The position numbers and the translations under genes are program-made. From an uncultured Gammaproteobacteria bacterium (lineage in GTDB: Bacteria > Pseudomonadota > Gammaproteobacteria > DRLM01), in NCBI GenBank assembly GCA_963729605.1, contig CAVSNY010000003.1, positions 160,001 through 224,000 on the forward strand: 64,000 nt of DNA, in the 5' to 3' direction. This document shows positions 51,988 to 62,421 of the stretch, in pieces. Every line of letters begins with the position of its first letter. Within the stretch, counting starts at the first letter, position 1. The notes below the pieces were generated by a model, which did not search any database, was not told the origin of the DNA, and saw only the letters and a program-made list of their open reading frames with translations.

Positions 51988-54333
51988 ATGCACAGTTTTT
52001 CGGAACGATGCAGTATAGGTTTAGCCGCGCTCGCCCTCTTGTCGGGCGCCATACTTTTTCAATATGTCGACGCCTTGCCGAAGCCGGTTTACGTCTGGTT
52101 GGGCTTGCCCCTTTTGGCGCTGGCCTGGCGTTATCCCGCCTGGCACGGGCCCCTTTGGCTGGCGGTCGGATTCGGTTGGGCATGGTGGATGGCGGCGGGC
52201 ATGCTCGCCCAGAGTTTGCCCGCCGAATTGGAGGGGCGGGACCTCCGGCTGGAGGGCGTGATCGTCTCGGTGCCGGATCGCGACGCGAGACGGACGCGTT
52301 TTCAATTCGAGGTGGAGAGTGTCACCACTGAACAGGGCCGCGCGCCCAACCCCGGCCGCGTATTGTTGAGTTGGTATGCGCGGTCGCCGCCCGCGCTGCG
52401 GGCCGGTGATCACTGGCGATTGACGGTGAGGTTGAAGCGCCCGCACGGCATGATGAATCCCGGCGGATTCGATTACGAGGCGTGGCTGTTCCGGCATCGT
52501 CTGCGCGCCACCGGTTATGTGCGGGTGGAAGACGAGAACCGTTTGCTGGCTTCCGATTGGCGGCAACAGCCGGTCAACCGGCTGCGACAAACTCTCGCGG
52601 AGAAGATGGGCGCGGCCTTGGCCGGCCGGGAATTCGCAGGCATCGTCGAGGCCCTCGCGATCGGTGAACAGAAACACATCGGCCCGGAACAGTGGCAGGT
52701 GTTTCGTGCGACCGGCACCACGCATTTGATTTCGATCTCGGGTTTGCACGTGGCCTTCGTGGCCGGCCTGCTGTTTTTCATGGTGCGGCGGGCCTGGTTG
52801 TGGTGGCCGCGGCTGGCCTTGCGCTGGCCGGCGGCCAAGGCGGGCGCGGTGGCCGGCATGACGGCGGCCTTGTTGTATTCGGCCATGGCCGGATTTTCCG
52901 TGCCGACCCAGCGCGCCTTGATCATGGTGGCGGTGGTGATGGCCAGCCTGCTGCAACAGCGGCGGGTGCGGCCGGCGCACGGCTTGGCGGCGGCGCTGCT
53001 GTTGGTCCTGTTGTGGGACCCGTTGGCGGTGATGGAGGCGGGCTTCTGGCTGTCGTTCGTCGCGGTCGCGGTGATTTTTTACGGCATGGGCGGACGGCTG
53101 GCGCCGCGCGGATTGTGGTGGCGTTTCGGCCGCGTGCAATTATTGGTGGCGGTGGGGTTGTTGCCTTTGATGCTGGCCTTGTTTCAACAGATGTCGCTGG
53201 TCTCGCCGCTGGCGAATATCGTCGCGGTGCCGTGGGTGAGTTTCGTGGTGGTGCCGCTCACCTTGCTGGGCGCGTCGTTGGTGGGGGTCTGGCCCGCCGC
53301 CGGTGCGTTTGTGCTGGTGCTCGCCGACGGCGCGTTGGGCTGGGTGTGGCCGCTGCTGACCTGGTTCGGTACCACATCGTTCGCGGAGTGGACCCAGCAC
53401 GTGCCGCCGCCGTGGGCCCTCCTGCCCGCGGCGGCGGGGGCCTTGCTGTTGATCTCGCCGGCGGGCGTGCCGGGCCGCTGGCTGGGGATTTTGCTGCTGG
53501 CGCCCTTGCTGGCGGTGTCGCCGCCGCGTCCGCCGCCGGGCGAGGCGTGGCTGACCTTGCTGGATGTGGGACAGGGTTTGTCGGCGGTGGTGCGCACCGC
53601 GCGGCATAATCTGGTGTTCGATACCGGTCCCGCCTTCAACGAGCATTTCGATGCCGGCGATGCGGTGGTCGTGCCGTTTCTGCGGGCGAGCGGCGTGTCG
53701 CGTATCGATCGTCTGGTGATCAGTCACGGCGATCAGGATCACATCGGCGGCCTACCCTCTTTGCTGGAACAAGTGGCGGTGGAGGAGGTGTTGACCAGTG
53801 TGCCGGACAAGGTGGCGTGGCCGGCGGGTTCGCCGCAATCTTGTCACGCCGGCCAGCACTGGGAATGGGATGGAGTGAGTTTTACCATGCTCTACCCCTT
53901 TCCCGAATTGGCCACTCGCGGCAACGACGCTTCCTGCGTGTTGCGGGTGAGCACCGCCGGCGGCGCGTTGCTGTTGCCGGGCGATATCGAAAAGCGCGGC
54001 GAAAAGGCCTTGCTGGCGCGGGCATCGGACCGGCTGAAGGCCGACGTGCTGGTGGTGCCGCATCATGGCAGCAACACCTCGTCCACCGCGGAATTCCTCG
54101 CCGCCGTGCGGCCGCGTTACGCGTTGTTCCCGGTGGGTTACCGCAACCGCTATGGTTTTCCCAAACCGGCGGTGGTGGCGCGTTATCAGGCGGCGGACGT
54201 GGCTCGGCTGGGCACCGATCGGCAGGGGGCGATCAGTTTGCGCCTCGGCGCGCAGGGAATCTTGGCGCCGCCGGAGGCTTATCGTTGGCGGGCGCAGCGT
54301 TATTGGCATAATCAATTGACTGCGGTTGATTAG
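51988..54333 (+). CDS. comEC: DNA uptake protein ComEC/Rec2
   Basis: NPGGFDYE, HLISISGLH, DVGQG, SHGDQDHIGG, GDIE, HHGS, NRYGFP. Confidence 0.95.
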   Translation: MHSFSERCSIGLAALALLSGAILFQYVDALPKPVYVWLGLPLLALAWRYPAWHGPLWLAVGFGWAWWMAAGMLAQSLPAELEGRDLRLEGVIVSVPDRDARRTRFQFEVESVTTEQGRAPNPGRVLLSWYARSPPALRAGDHWRLTVRLKRPHGMMNPGGFDYEAWLFRHRLRATGYVRVEDENRLLASDWRQQPVNRLRQTLAEKMGAALAGREFAGIVEALAIGEQKHIGPEQWQVFRATGTTHLISISGLHVAFVAGLLFFMVRRAWLWWPRLALRWPAAKAGAVAGMTAALLYSAMAGFSVPTQRALIMVAVVMASLLQQRRVRPAHGLAAALLLVLLWDPLAVMEAGFWLSFVAVAVIFYGMGGRLAPRGLWWRFGRVQLLVAVGLLPLMLALFQQMSLVSPLANIVAVPWVSFVVVPLTLLGASLVGVWPAAGAFVLVLADGALGWVWPLLTWFGTTSFAEWTQHVPPPWALLPAAAGALLLISPAGVPGRWLGILLLAPLLAVSPPRPPPGEAWLTLLDVGQGLSAVVRTARHNLVFDTGPAFNEHFDAGDAVVVPFLRASGVSRIDRLVISHGDQDHIGGLPSLLEQVAVEEVLTSVPDKVAWPAGSPQSCHAGQHWEWDGVSFTMLYPFPELATRGNDASCVLRVSTAGGALLLPGDIEKRGEKALLARASDRLKADVLVVPHHGSNTSSTAEFLAAVRPRYALFPVGYRNRYGFPKPAVVARYQAADVARLGTDRQGAISLRLGAQGILAPPEAYRWRAQRYWHNQLTAVD

Positions 54334-55173
54334 CATCCATCCCAAAATAAATTACCGCGTTTTTTTAATATGCTCTTCGCCCTCATCCCCCTCTCCCCAA
54401 CCCCTCTCCCGCGAGGGGAGAGGGGTAAAGAGAGTGACAGGGTTGTTAAAAACGTCCCCTCTCCCGCCGGCGGGAGAGGGACAGGGAGAGGGCGATCGGC
54501 AGGGGGCGATCAGTTTGCGTCTCGGCGCGCAGGGAATCTTGGCGCCGCCGGAGGCTTATCGTTGGCGGGCGCATCGGTATTGGCATAATCAATTGAATGC
54601 GGTTGATTAGCATCCATCCCAAAATAAATTACTGCGTTTTTTGAATATGCCCTTCGCCGGCATCCCCCTCTCCCCAACCCCTCTCCCGCGAGGGGAGAGG
54701 GGTAAAGAGAGTGACAGGGTTGTTAAAAACGTCCCCTCTCCCGCCGGTGGGAGAGGGACAGGGAGAGGGCGATCGGCAGGGGGCGATCAGTTTGCGTCTC
54801 GGCGCGCAGGGAATCTTGGCGCCGCCGGAGGCTTATCGTCGGCGGGCGCATCGGTATTGGCATGTTCAATTGAATGCGGTTGATTAGAGGCCATCCCAAA
54901 ATAAATTACCGCGTTTTTTTAATATGCTCTTCGCCCTCATCCCCCTCTCCCCAAACCCTCTCCCGCGAGGGGAGAGGGGTAAAGCCACACCAACAGTAGC
55001 AGCGGCATGGTCAGCCCCCAACGCCTCTCCCACGAGGGGAGAGGGCCGCCCTGACCGCCGCGCAGGTAACCTATCGCCCCAACGCCTCTCCCACGAGGGG
55101 AGAGGGGTAAAGTGAGTTGCAGGGTTGTTAAAAACGTCCCCTCTCCCGCCGGCGGGAGAGGGACAGGGAGAGG
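54216..55173 (+). repeat. Three tandem 277-bp units (comEC 3' end + MITE/REP hairpins); third unit expanded
   Basis: CGATCGGCAGGGGGCGATCAGTTTGCG begins at 54216, 54493 and 54770. Confidence 0.92.
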
Positions 55174-55291
55174 CGGGCCTACTCCGACGGGCGGAGCGCC
55201 GCCGCGCTTCGACGGCGGTGATAAATCAAGTATGATTGGCCACTTGTTTATATAGCAGCCGGATATTTGCGAACCAACGGGCGGGGTAGCG

Positions 55292-55933
55292 GTGTTTGAA
55301 ATAGTGAAATCGGGCGGCTGGGTGATGGTGCCACTGCTGTTGTGCTCGGTGGTGGCCACCGCGATAGTCGCGGAGCGTTTTTGGGCCTTGCGCAAGCAGC
55401 GCATCTGCCCGCGCAATCTGGTGGATCAGATCTGGCAGTGGGCCAAGGCCGGCCAGATGGACGTGATGCGCATCAGCAGCCTGCGCGGCAGCTCGCCGCT
55501 GGGGCGGGTGTTGGCGGCGGGGTTGATGAACCGCCATTATTCCCGCGAGGTGATGAAGGAGAGTATCGAAGAGGCCGGCCGCCATGTGGTGCTGGAGCTG
55601 GAGCGCTATTTGAATACCCTCGGCACCATCGCCTCCATCTCGCCCTTGCTCGGCCTGCTGGGCACGGTGCTGGGCATGATCAAGGTATTCACCGCCATCA
55701 GCGCGGTGGGCGTCGGCAGCCCCACCGAAATGGCGGGCGGACTGTCGGAGGCCTTGATCACCACCGTGGCGGGTCTGATCGTGGCCATTCCCAGTTTGAT
55801 GTTTTATCGCCATTTCCAGCGGCGGGTGGACGAACTGGTGTCCACCATGGAGCAGGAGGCGATCAAGATGGTGGAAATCCTGCACGGTGAACGGATAGGC
55901 GGAAGCGACATGCCGGGGGGCGCCGCCGCATGA
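55292..55933 (+). CDS. exbB: MotA/TolQ/ExbB proton channel protein
   Basis: LGTIASISPLLGLLGTV.GMI, ALITT..GL.VAIP. Confidence 0.88.
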   Translation: MFEIVKSGGWVMVPLLLCSVVATAIVAERFWALRKQRICPRNLVDQIWQWAKAGQMDVMRISSLRGSSPLGRVLAAGLMNRHYSREVMKESIEEAGRHVVLELERYLNTLGTIASISPLLGLLGTVLGMIKVFTAISAVGVGSPTEMAGGLSEALITTVAGLIVAIPSLMFYRHFQRRVDELVSTMEQEAIKMVEILHGERIGGSDMPGGAAA

Positions 55934-56355
55934 ATCTGCGTCCCCGCCGCCGCGGCGATCCGGAAATCAATCTCACCTCGCTCATCGATGTCGTATTTTT
56001 ATTGCTGCTGTTTTTTATTTTGACCACCAGTTTCAATCGGGAGTCGGCGCTGCGCATCGATCTGCCCAAGGCGTCGGAGCAGGCCGCGGTCGAGGAGCAA
56101 AAACCGATTATGTTGTCCATCGACGCCGCCGGCGAGTTTTACGTCGACGGCCGGCAGGTGGTGAATACCCAGGTGGAAAGTGTGAAGCGGGTTCTGCGCG
56201 CGGCGATGGGCGAACGGAAGGACCCGCCGCTGATCATCAGCGCCGATGCCAAGACGCCGCATCAGGCGGTGGTCACCGCCATGGACGCCGCGCGCCAGGT
56301 CGGTCTGATCCATCTGTCCATCGCCACCAAAGAACCCGCCGGAGGCGCGCAGTAG
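55930..56355 (+). CDS. exbD: ExbD/TolR protein
   Basis: INLTSLIDVVFLLLLFF, I.AD...H..VV.AMD. Confidence 0.88.
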   Translation: MNLRPRRRGDPEINLTSLIDVVFLLLLFFILTTSFNRESALRIDLPKASEQAAVEEQKPIMLSIDAAGEFYVDGRQVVNTQVESVKRVLRAAMGERKDPPLIISADAKTPHQAVVTAMDAARQVGLIHLSIATKEPAGGAQ

Positions 56356-56359
56356 CGCC

Positions 56360-58144
56360 ATGAAGGAAAACGCATCCACTCAAGCCCGCGTGATCTACGC
56401 GCGGCTACTGCGTTACGCCACGCCGCATTGGCGGATGTTCGTGCTGGCGATGCTGGCGATGCTGGTGTTCGCCGCCACCAACACCGGTTTCGCGGCCTTG
56501 ATGAAGCCGATGATCGACGGCAGCTTCGTGGATCGCGATCCGGCGGTGATCGCCTTGGTGCCGTTGCTGATCATCGGTCTGTTCGTCGCGCGCGGCCTCG
56601 CCAATTTCGGTTCGTCGTATTGCATGAGCGTGGTGGGACGCGAGGTGATCCGCGATCTGCGCCGCGCCATGTTCGACCGATTGCTGCGTTTGCCTACCCG
56701 CTATTACGACCGGACCTCTTCCGGCGAGCTGCTCTCCAAATTCATCTACGACGTGGAGCAGGTCAATCTCGCCGCCACCAACGCCCTGGCCAACGTGGTG
56801 CGCGACGGGTTCACCATCATCGGCCTGCTGATCTGGATGGCCTACATCAATTGGCAACTGACCCTGGTGTTCATCGTGGTGGGACCGCCCATCGCCATCG
56901 CCATCGCCACCGTCAACCGGCGTTTCCGCCGTCTCAACAACCGCATTCAAAATTCCATGGCGGATGTCACCGGCATCAGCGAAGAGGCCATCGCGGGTCA
57001 TCGCGTGGTGAAAATCTTCGGCGGCCACGACTACGAGACCGCGCGCTTCAATCTCATCAACGAGGCCAACCGCAAACTCAATATGAAACTCGCCGCCAGC
57101 AGCGCCGCCAGCGTGGGCATCGTCGAGTTGATCGCCGCGATCGCGCTGGCGGGCATCATCTATCTGGCGACCTCGCCCGCGGTGCTGGACAACATCACGG
57201 TCGGCAATTTCATGTCCTTCGTGGTGGCGATGATGTTGCTGATGCCGTCCATAAAACGCCTGACCACGGTGATGCCCATGATACAGCGCGGCGTAGCGGC
57301 GGCGGAGAGTATTTTCACCTTGCTCGACACCGAAGCGGAGGTGGACGGCGGCGACCAAGCGATGACGCGCGCGCGCGGCGAGGTGAGTTTCGAACAGGTC
57401 ACGTTTACGTACGACGCCGCCAAGGGCGAGGCGCTGCGCGACATCGATCTCCACATCGCGGCGGGACAGTGCGTGGCCTTCGTCGGCCGTTCCGGCGGCG
57501 GCAAATCCACCTTGGTGAGTTTGCTGCCGCGCCTTTACGATGTGCAGCAGGGCGTGATCCGTTTGGACGGCGTCGATATCCGCCAACTCCGGCTGCGCGA
57601 TTTGCGCAATCAAATCGCCTGGGTGGGGCAGGACGTGGTGTTGTTCAACGACACCATCGCCCGCAACATCGCCTATGGCGCCTTGGGCGATGTGAGTGAA
57701 GAGGCCATCGTCCGCGCCGCCGAGGCGGCCCACGCCATGGAGTTCATCCGGCGGCTGCCGGAGGGATTGAATACCTTGGTCGGCGAGAACGGCGTGTTGT
57801 TGTCCGGCGGCCAGCGCCAGCGGCTCGCCATCGCCCGCGCCTTGCTCAAGGACGCGCCGATCCTGATTTTGGACGAGGCCACGTCGGCCTTGGATAATGA
57901 ATCGGAGCGGCATATCCAGGCCGCGCTCGCCGAGGTGATGCGCAACCGCACCACCCTGGTGATCGCCCATCGCTTGTCCACGGTGGAGAACGCCGATCAA
58001 ATCGTGGTGCTCGACGGGGGGCGGGTGGTGGAGCAGGGTACCCACCGCGAACTCCTGGCCCGCGGCGGTCAGTACGCCAGTCTGCATAAGTTGCAGTTTC
58101 ACGATGAGCCGGCCGCGCCGGAGCCGGTGGCGCAGCATGGGTGA
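56360..58144 (+). CDS. msbA: Lipid A flippase MsbA
   Basis: ABC TM domain, GRSGGGKST, LSGGQRQR, LDEATSALD; upstream of lpxK. Confidence 0.95.
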   Translation: MKENASTQARVIYARLLRYATPHWRMFVLAMLAMLVFAATNTGFAALMKPMIDGSFVDRDPAVIALVPLLIIGLFVARGLANFGSSYCMSVVGREVIRDLRRAMFDRLLRLPTRYYDRTSSGELLSKFIYDVEQVNLAATNALANVVRDGFTIIGLLIWMAYINWQLTLVFIVVGPPIAIAIATVNRRFRRLNNRIQNSMADVTGISEEAIAGHRVVKIFGGHDYETARFNLINEANRKLNMKLAASSAASVGIVELIAAIALAGIIYLATSPAVLDNITVGNFMSFVVAMMLLMPSIKRLTTVMPMIQRGVAAAESIFTLLDTEAEVDGGDQAMTRARGEVSFEQVTFTYDAAKGEALRDIDLHIAAGQCVAFVGRSGGGKSTLVSLLPRLYDVQQGVIRLDGVDIRQLRLRDLRNQIAWVGQDVVLFNDTIARNIAYGALGDVSEEAIVRAAEAAHAMEFIRRLPEGLNTLVGENGVLLSGGQRQRLAIARALLKDAPILILDEATSALDNESERHIQAALAEVMRNRTTLVIAHRLSTVENADQIVVLDGGRVVEQGTHRELLARGGQYASLHKLQFHDEPAAPEPVAQHG

Positions 58145-58185
58145 ACCCACGCGCGGCGGATTAATCCACACAGCGGCGCATTGAG

Positions 58186-59166
58186 ATGCGGCTCGACGCC
58201 GTGTGGTATGGCAAACATCCGCTGAGCATTTTATTAGTGCCGCTCGCCTGGTTGTACGGCGGGGTGATGCGGCTGCGTCGCGCCCTGTATCGCGCCGGTG
58301 TGCTGCGCGGCACGCGGCTGCCGGTGCCGGTGGTCGTGGTGGGCAATCTCAGCGTGGGCGGCACCGGCAAGACGCCGCTGGTGATTCATCTGGTCGAGTT
58401 GCTGCGGGCGGCCGGAAAAAAACCTGGCGTGGTGAGCCGCGGTTACGGTGGCAAGGCTACGCATTGGCCGCAACAGGTGCACGCCGGCAGCGATCCGCTG
58501 CTGGTGGGCGACGAACCGGTGCTGATCGCGCAACGCGCCGGTTGCCCGGTGGTGGTCGATCCTCACCGCGTGCGCGCCGCGCAAACTCTCTTGGCCGAAC
58601 ATGATTGCGACGTGATCGTCGCCGACGACGGTCTGCAACACTATGCGCTGGCCCGCGACGTGGAGATCGCGGTGGTGGACGGCGTGCGCCGTCACGGCAA
58701 CGGCCGCTGTCTGCCCGCCGGCCCCTTGCGCGAACCCCTGGCGCGTTTGCGCGGCGTGGATTTGGTGATGGTCAACGGCGCGGGCGTGGCCGGGGAATGC
58801 ACGTTCACCTTGAGCGGCGATCAAGTATTGTCCGTGGACGGCCGGGGCGCGCCGCGTCCGTTGTCGGAGCTGCGCGGACAAAGCGTGCACGCGGTGGCCG
58901 GCATCGGCCGGCCGGCGCGATTTTTCGAGCACCTGCGGCGCTACCAACTGCGAGTCATCGAACATCCCTTTCCCGATCACCATCGCTACGTCGCCGACGA
59001 TTTGCGTTTCGCCGACGGGCTGCCGGTGCTGATGACGGAAAAGGACATGGTGAAGTGTCGCGCTTTCGCGGGCCCGGCGCACGGCTACCTCCCGGTCACG
59101 GCGGAGCCGGACGCGGCCTGCGCCGCGCGTTTGCGGATTGTATTGCAATCTTGTCTGGCGCGATAA
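58186..59166 (+). CDS. lpxK: Tetraacyldisaccharide 4'-kinase
   Basis: VGN.SVGGTGKTP, SRGYG, GDEP, DDGLQHY.L, FPDHH, MTEKD. Confidence 0.96.
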   Translation: MRLDAVWYGKHPLSILLVPLAWLYGGVMRLRRALYRAGVLRGTRLPVPVVVVGNLSVGGTGKTPLVIHLVELLRAAGKKPGVVSRGYGGKATHWPQQVHAGSDPLLVGDEPVLIAQRAGCPVVVDPHRVRAAQTLLAEHDCDVIVADDGLQHYALARDVEIAVVDGVRRHGNGRCLPAGPLREPLARLRGVDLVMVNGAGVAGECTFTLSGDQVLSVDGRGAPRPLSELRGQSVHAVAGIGRPARFFEHLRRYQLRVIEHPFPDHHRYVADDLRFADGLPVLMTEKDMVKCRAFAGPAHGYLPVTAEPDAACAARLRIVLQSCLAR

Positions 59167-59333
59167 ACGGCGGCTACATTCCGGCGCGGCCTCGCGTGCG
59201 CGCGGGTGTCGATAAATTTCAGTGTCCAGCCTGCCTTCACCACGGCGCGGCCTCGCGCGCGGGAGTGTCAACTGCAACGATCCGGGTTTATCGTCGCTTT
59301 CGGTAAGGCTGGGCGCAAGCCGGATGGTTCGGC

Positions 59334-59362
59334 TTGACACCCCGAACCTTACAAACCATGCT
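59334..59362 (+). promoter_or_regulatory. Possible sigma-70 promoter of the EAL gene (now separated from it by the IS)
   Basis: TTGACA-N17-CATGCT. Confidence 0.35.
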
Positions 59363-59527
59363 TAAATTATCCGAAGCCCGCGACTAGACCGTAATGACGG
59401 AAGCTGGCCAGTCCGGGTCACCTCTATCGATCCAGTTCAGTCGTTCCGCAAGGCAGTCGATCCCGCCGGGTCCTATTCCAAGGAGGATTGAACCGCCCCG
59501 TGTTTTGCGGAGGCTGTTTGGTTTAAG

Positions 59528-60436
59528 TCATGCTGCAATCGCGGCATGACGGCGGTATTGCCTGTAGTAGTTTGCCTCAGCTTCTGCTGGAGGGATATAC
59601 CCCAGAGGCTCTAATAGCCGGTGGTGGTTAAACCACGAGACCCATTCCAGGGTCGCCAGCTCCACGGATTCCCGGGTTTTCCAGGGTCCCCGACGATGGA
59701 TCAGCTCGGCCTTGTACAGCCCGTTGATCGTCTCGGCCAATGCGTTATCGTAGCTGTCGCCCTTGCTGCCGACCGAAGGCTCGATGCCGGCCTCGGCCAG
59801 TCGCTCGGTGTAGCGGATCGAGACGTATTGCGAGCCCCTGTCGCTGTGATGGATCAGGGCATCCTCTGGTTCGGGCTGCCGGGCGTACAGAGCTTGCTCC
59901 AGTGCGTCGAGCACGAAGTCCGTGGCCATGGTGCGGCTGACCCGCCAACCGACGATGCGCCGGGCGAAGACATCAATGACGAAGGCCACATACAGCCAGC
60001 CCTGCCAGGTCGACACATACGTGAAATCCGACACCCAGAGCTGGTTGGGCCTGTCCGCCTTGAACTGTCGATTGACCCGGTCCAGCGGGCGTGGCGCCGA
60101 GTGGTCAGGCACGGTGGTGCGAACCGCCTTGCCACGGCGCACACCCTGCAGGCCCAGGCGCTTCATCAGACGCTCGACCGTACAACGGGCCACCTCGATG
60201 CCCTCGCGGTTCAGCTGCCGCCAGACTTTGTCGGCGCCGTACACCTGCAGGTGGGTGTGCCAGACACGCTGAATATGCGACATCAATACCTCATCGCGCT
60301 TGGCCCGGGCGCTGCGCAGATCCGGATCGCGCCGCCGGGCCGCATGGCGCCGGTAGGCCGATGGGGCAACCTGCAACACCTTGCAGATCGGCTCGACCCC
60401 ATAAGCATCCCGGTGCTGGTCGATGTAGGTATTTAC
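59528..60436 (-). CDS. IS3 transposase OrfB (DDE), expressed via -1 frameshift from OrfA
   Basis: [29 protein letters not shown]; TTTTTTC slippery run at 60469-60475; 5' boundary approximate. Confidence 0.9.
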   Translation of the reverse strand, partial: VNTYIDQHRDAYGVEPICKVLQVAPSAYRRHAARRRDPDLRSARAKRDEVLMSHIQRVWHTHLQVYGADKVWRQLNREGIEVARCTVERLMKRLGLQGVRRGKAVRTTVPDHSAPRPLDRVNRQFKADRPNQLWVSDFTYVSTWQGWLYVAFVIDVFARRIVGWRVSRTMATDFVLDALEQALYARQPEPEDALIHHSDRGSQYVSIRYTERLAEAGIEPSVGSKGDSYDNALAETINGLYKAELIHRRGPWKTRESVELATLEWVSWFNHHRLLEPLGYIPPAEAEANYYRQYRRHAAIAA

Positions 60437-60756
60437 GACTTCAGTTTGCGGTCGAGCTCCGCCTGTGCGAAAAAAGCGCTGGCGGTACGCAGTATCTCAT
60501 TGGCGCGCCGCAACTCCTTGTTCTCGCGCTCCAGCTCCTTGATGCGCTGTGTCTCGGACGTGGTCGTGCCAGGACGCGCTCCGGCATCGGCCTCCGTACG
60601 CTTAACCCACTCCAGCAGCGTCCCGGGTACACAGCCAATCTTCGGGGCGATCGACTCCACGGCCATCCACAACGACGGGTATTCCCCGCGATGCTCCTGC
60701 ACCATTCGAACCGCACGTTCACGGACTTCAGGTGAAAACTTGTTCGACTTTTTCAT
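60433..60756 (-). CDS. IS3 transposase OrfA (HTH + leucine zipper)
   Basis: [14 protein letters not shown]...[28 protein letters not shown]. Confidence 0.93.
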   Translation of the reverse strand: MKKSNKFSPEVRERAVRMVQEHRGEYPSLWMAVESIAPKIGCVPGTLLEWVKRTEADAGARPGTTTSETQRIKELERENKELRRANEILRTASAFFAQAELDRKLKS

Positions 60757-60813
60757 GGCTCCATTCTCTCAAATGTTGGAGCCTCCTCAAAACCAGGGGC
60801 GGTTCAGATAGGC

Positions 60814-61869
60814 ATGGACTCTCACCGCCATTTAATTTCTCTCGGCTTCACCTCGGACAAGTTTCCGCCGGGCACTCACATCTGTTATCTGTACAGCGAC
60901 GAGGACGAGCGGCGACGCGTGGAGGGGCAGAAACTCGCCCTGCGTTTCCGGGTCGGTATCGCCAGTTATCCCGCCGATGCCGGCGACCTGGAAACCCTCA
61001 TGCTGCGCGCCGAGGCCGCCACCCATCTGGCGCCCGACGCCCGCTCCCGCAACCGGCCGGTTTATTACCAGTCCGAGCTGGCGGCCTTGTCGCGCCGGAA
61101 TTTGGCGATTGAAGAATGTTTGCATGAAGAGATCGTCACTACGCAGTTTTTCATGGTCTATCAGCCGCGGGTCAGCGTCAGGGACGGCAAGACGGTCGGC
61201 GCCGAATCCCTGCTGCGTTGGCAGCATCCCGAACTCGGCGCGGTTTCGCCCGGCGAGTTCATCCCCATCGCCGAAGAATGCGGGGCCATCGGCCGGGTCG
61301 GGGCGTGGGTCATGCGCCAGGTGTGCGCGCAGATCGGCGCCTGGAAAACCGCCGGCGCGCCGCTGGTGCCGATTTCGATCAACCTGACCATGCACGACGT
61401 GTTGGCGGAGGCCACCATCGCAATCCTGGTCGCCGAGGCCCGCGCCGCCGCGATACCGCTGAACCTGATCGAGGTCGAAATCACCGAGAGCATGGCCATG
61501 CTCGATGTGGACATGACCAAAGAATTTCTAGGCAAGCTGCGCGATCTCGGCGTGCGCTGCATCATCGACGATTTCGGCACCGGCTATTCCTCGCTGGCCT
61601 ATCTGGTCGATCTGCCTTTCAGTTCGTTGAAGATCGACAAACGTTTCGTTGACCGCATTCAAGAGCAGAAGGCGCGCAGTCTCATTCAAAGCTTGGTCGC
61701 GATGGCGCGGTCGCTCAAGTACGGGATCGTGGCCGAAGGTGTGGAGTACGACTATCAGGCGGAATTTCTGCGTGCCTGCGAATGCGACGAGATACAAGGT
61801 TATTTATACAGCCATCCCATGCCGGCCGCGGAATTTCTCGACTTCATCCACGGTCCGCGCGCGTCTTAA
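60814..61869 (+). CDS. EAL-domain phosphodiesterase with truncated MEDS and GGDEF fragments
   Basis: YQP, AESLLRW, FIPIAEE, EITES, IDDFGTGYSS, KID, AEGVE, IQGY; N-terminus GTHICYLY then VGIASYP. Confidence 0.8.
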   Translation: MDSHRHLISLGFTSDKFPPGTHICYLYSDEDERRRVEGQKLALRFRVGIASYPADAGDLETLMLRAEAATHLAPDARSRNRPVYYQSELAALSRRNLAIEECLHEEIVTTQFFMVYQPRVSVRDGKTVGAESLLRWQHPELGAVSPGEFIPIAEECGAIGRVGAWVMRQVCAQIGAWKTAGAPLVPISINLTMHDVLAEATIAILVAEARAAAIPLNLIEVEITESMAMLDVDMTKEFLGKLRDLGVRCIIDDFGTGYSSLAYLVDLPFSSLKIDKRFVDRIQEQKARSLIQSLVAMARSLKYGIVAEGVEYDYQAEFLRACECDEIQGYLYSHPMPAAEFLDFIHGPRAS

Positions 61870-61950
61870 ATACAGTGGCGTGTTTCCTTTTCTCCTGCAC
61901 CCAGGCCGTTATCTCACGATTCGGGCAGATCATACTTTTCGTTAACGGCG

Positions 61951-62421
61951 TCATTTTCTCAATGGAATCTCCAGATCTCTGCTCACCGGTACGGCGGTGA
62001 CGGAATTTTTCGGGCTGCCGTGGATGATTTTGTCGGTGTAGGTGAGATACACCAGCACATTGCGGGCGGTATCCACCATGCGTACCACGTGCAGCGTTTT
62101 AAAGATGAGGGAGCGGCGTTCGGTGAAGGCGTCTTCCTGCAGGGGCAAGGTTTCCTTGAAGCGCAGCGGTCCGACTTGCCGGCAGGCGATGGAGACATCG
62201 GAGACCTCTTCCGCTACGCCCACCGCGCCTGCGATACCGCCCCGCTCGGGTTTGGCGACATAGCAGGTCACGCCTTCCACTTTGGGGTCGTCGTAAGCTT
62301 CCACCACCAGCTGGTGCGAGCCCATCAGCTTCCATTCCGTATTGACGGAGCCGATTTCCTGGGCGGTGGCCGCGCCGGGCAAGAGGGCGGGTAGGGCGAT
62401 CAACATACATAATTTGCGCAT
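61951..62421 (-). CDS. creA: CreA-family periplasmic protein
   Basis: EIGSVNT, DDPKVEGVTCY, SIACRQVGP, SLIFK, GSPKNSV. Confidence 0.92.
   Translation of the reverse strand: MRKLCMLIALPALLPGAATAQEIGSVNTEWKLMGSHQLVVEAYDDPKVEGVTCYVAKPERGGIAGAVGVAEEVSDVSIACRQVGPLRFKETLPLQEDAFTERRSLIFKTLHVVRMVDTARNVLVYLTYTDKIIHGSPKNSVTAVPVSRDLEIPLRK

Larger units (their letters stand above)
59489..60806 (-). mobile_element. IS3-family (IS51 group) insertion sequence, 1318 bp, 3-bp target duplication GAT
   Basis: Terminal inverted repeats TGAACCGCCCC..GGAGGCT at both ends; GAT at 59486-88 and 60807-09. Confidence 0.95.

Noticed and set aside
54326-55416. Small ORFs with PLSREGRG/PAGEGQGEG peptides
   Set aside because: Translations of palindromic repeats and duplicated comEC tails; no credible starts
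56405-58171. Long antisense ORFs opposite msbA, amiB, putA, comEC, the IS and others
   Set aside because: GC-rich shadow frames of well-identified genes
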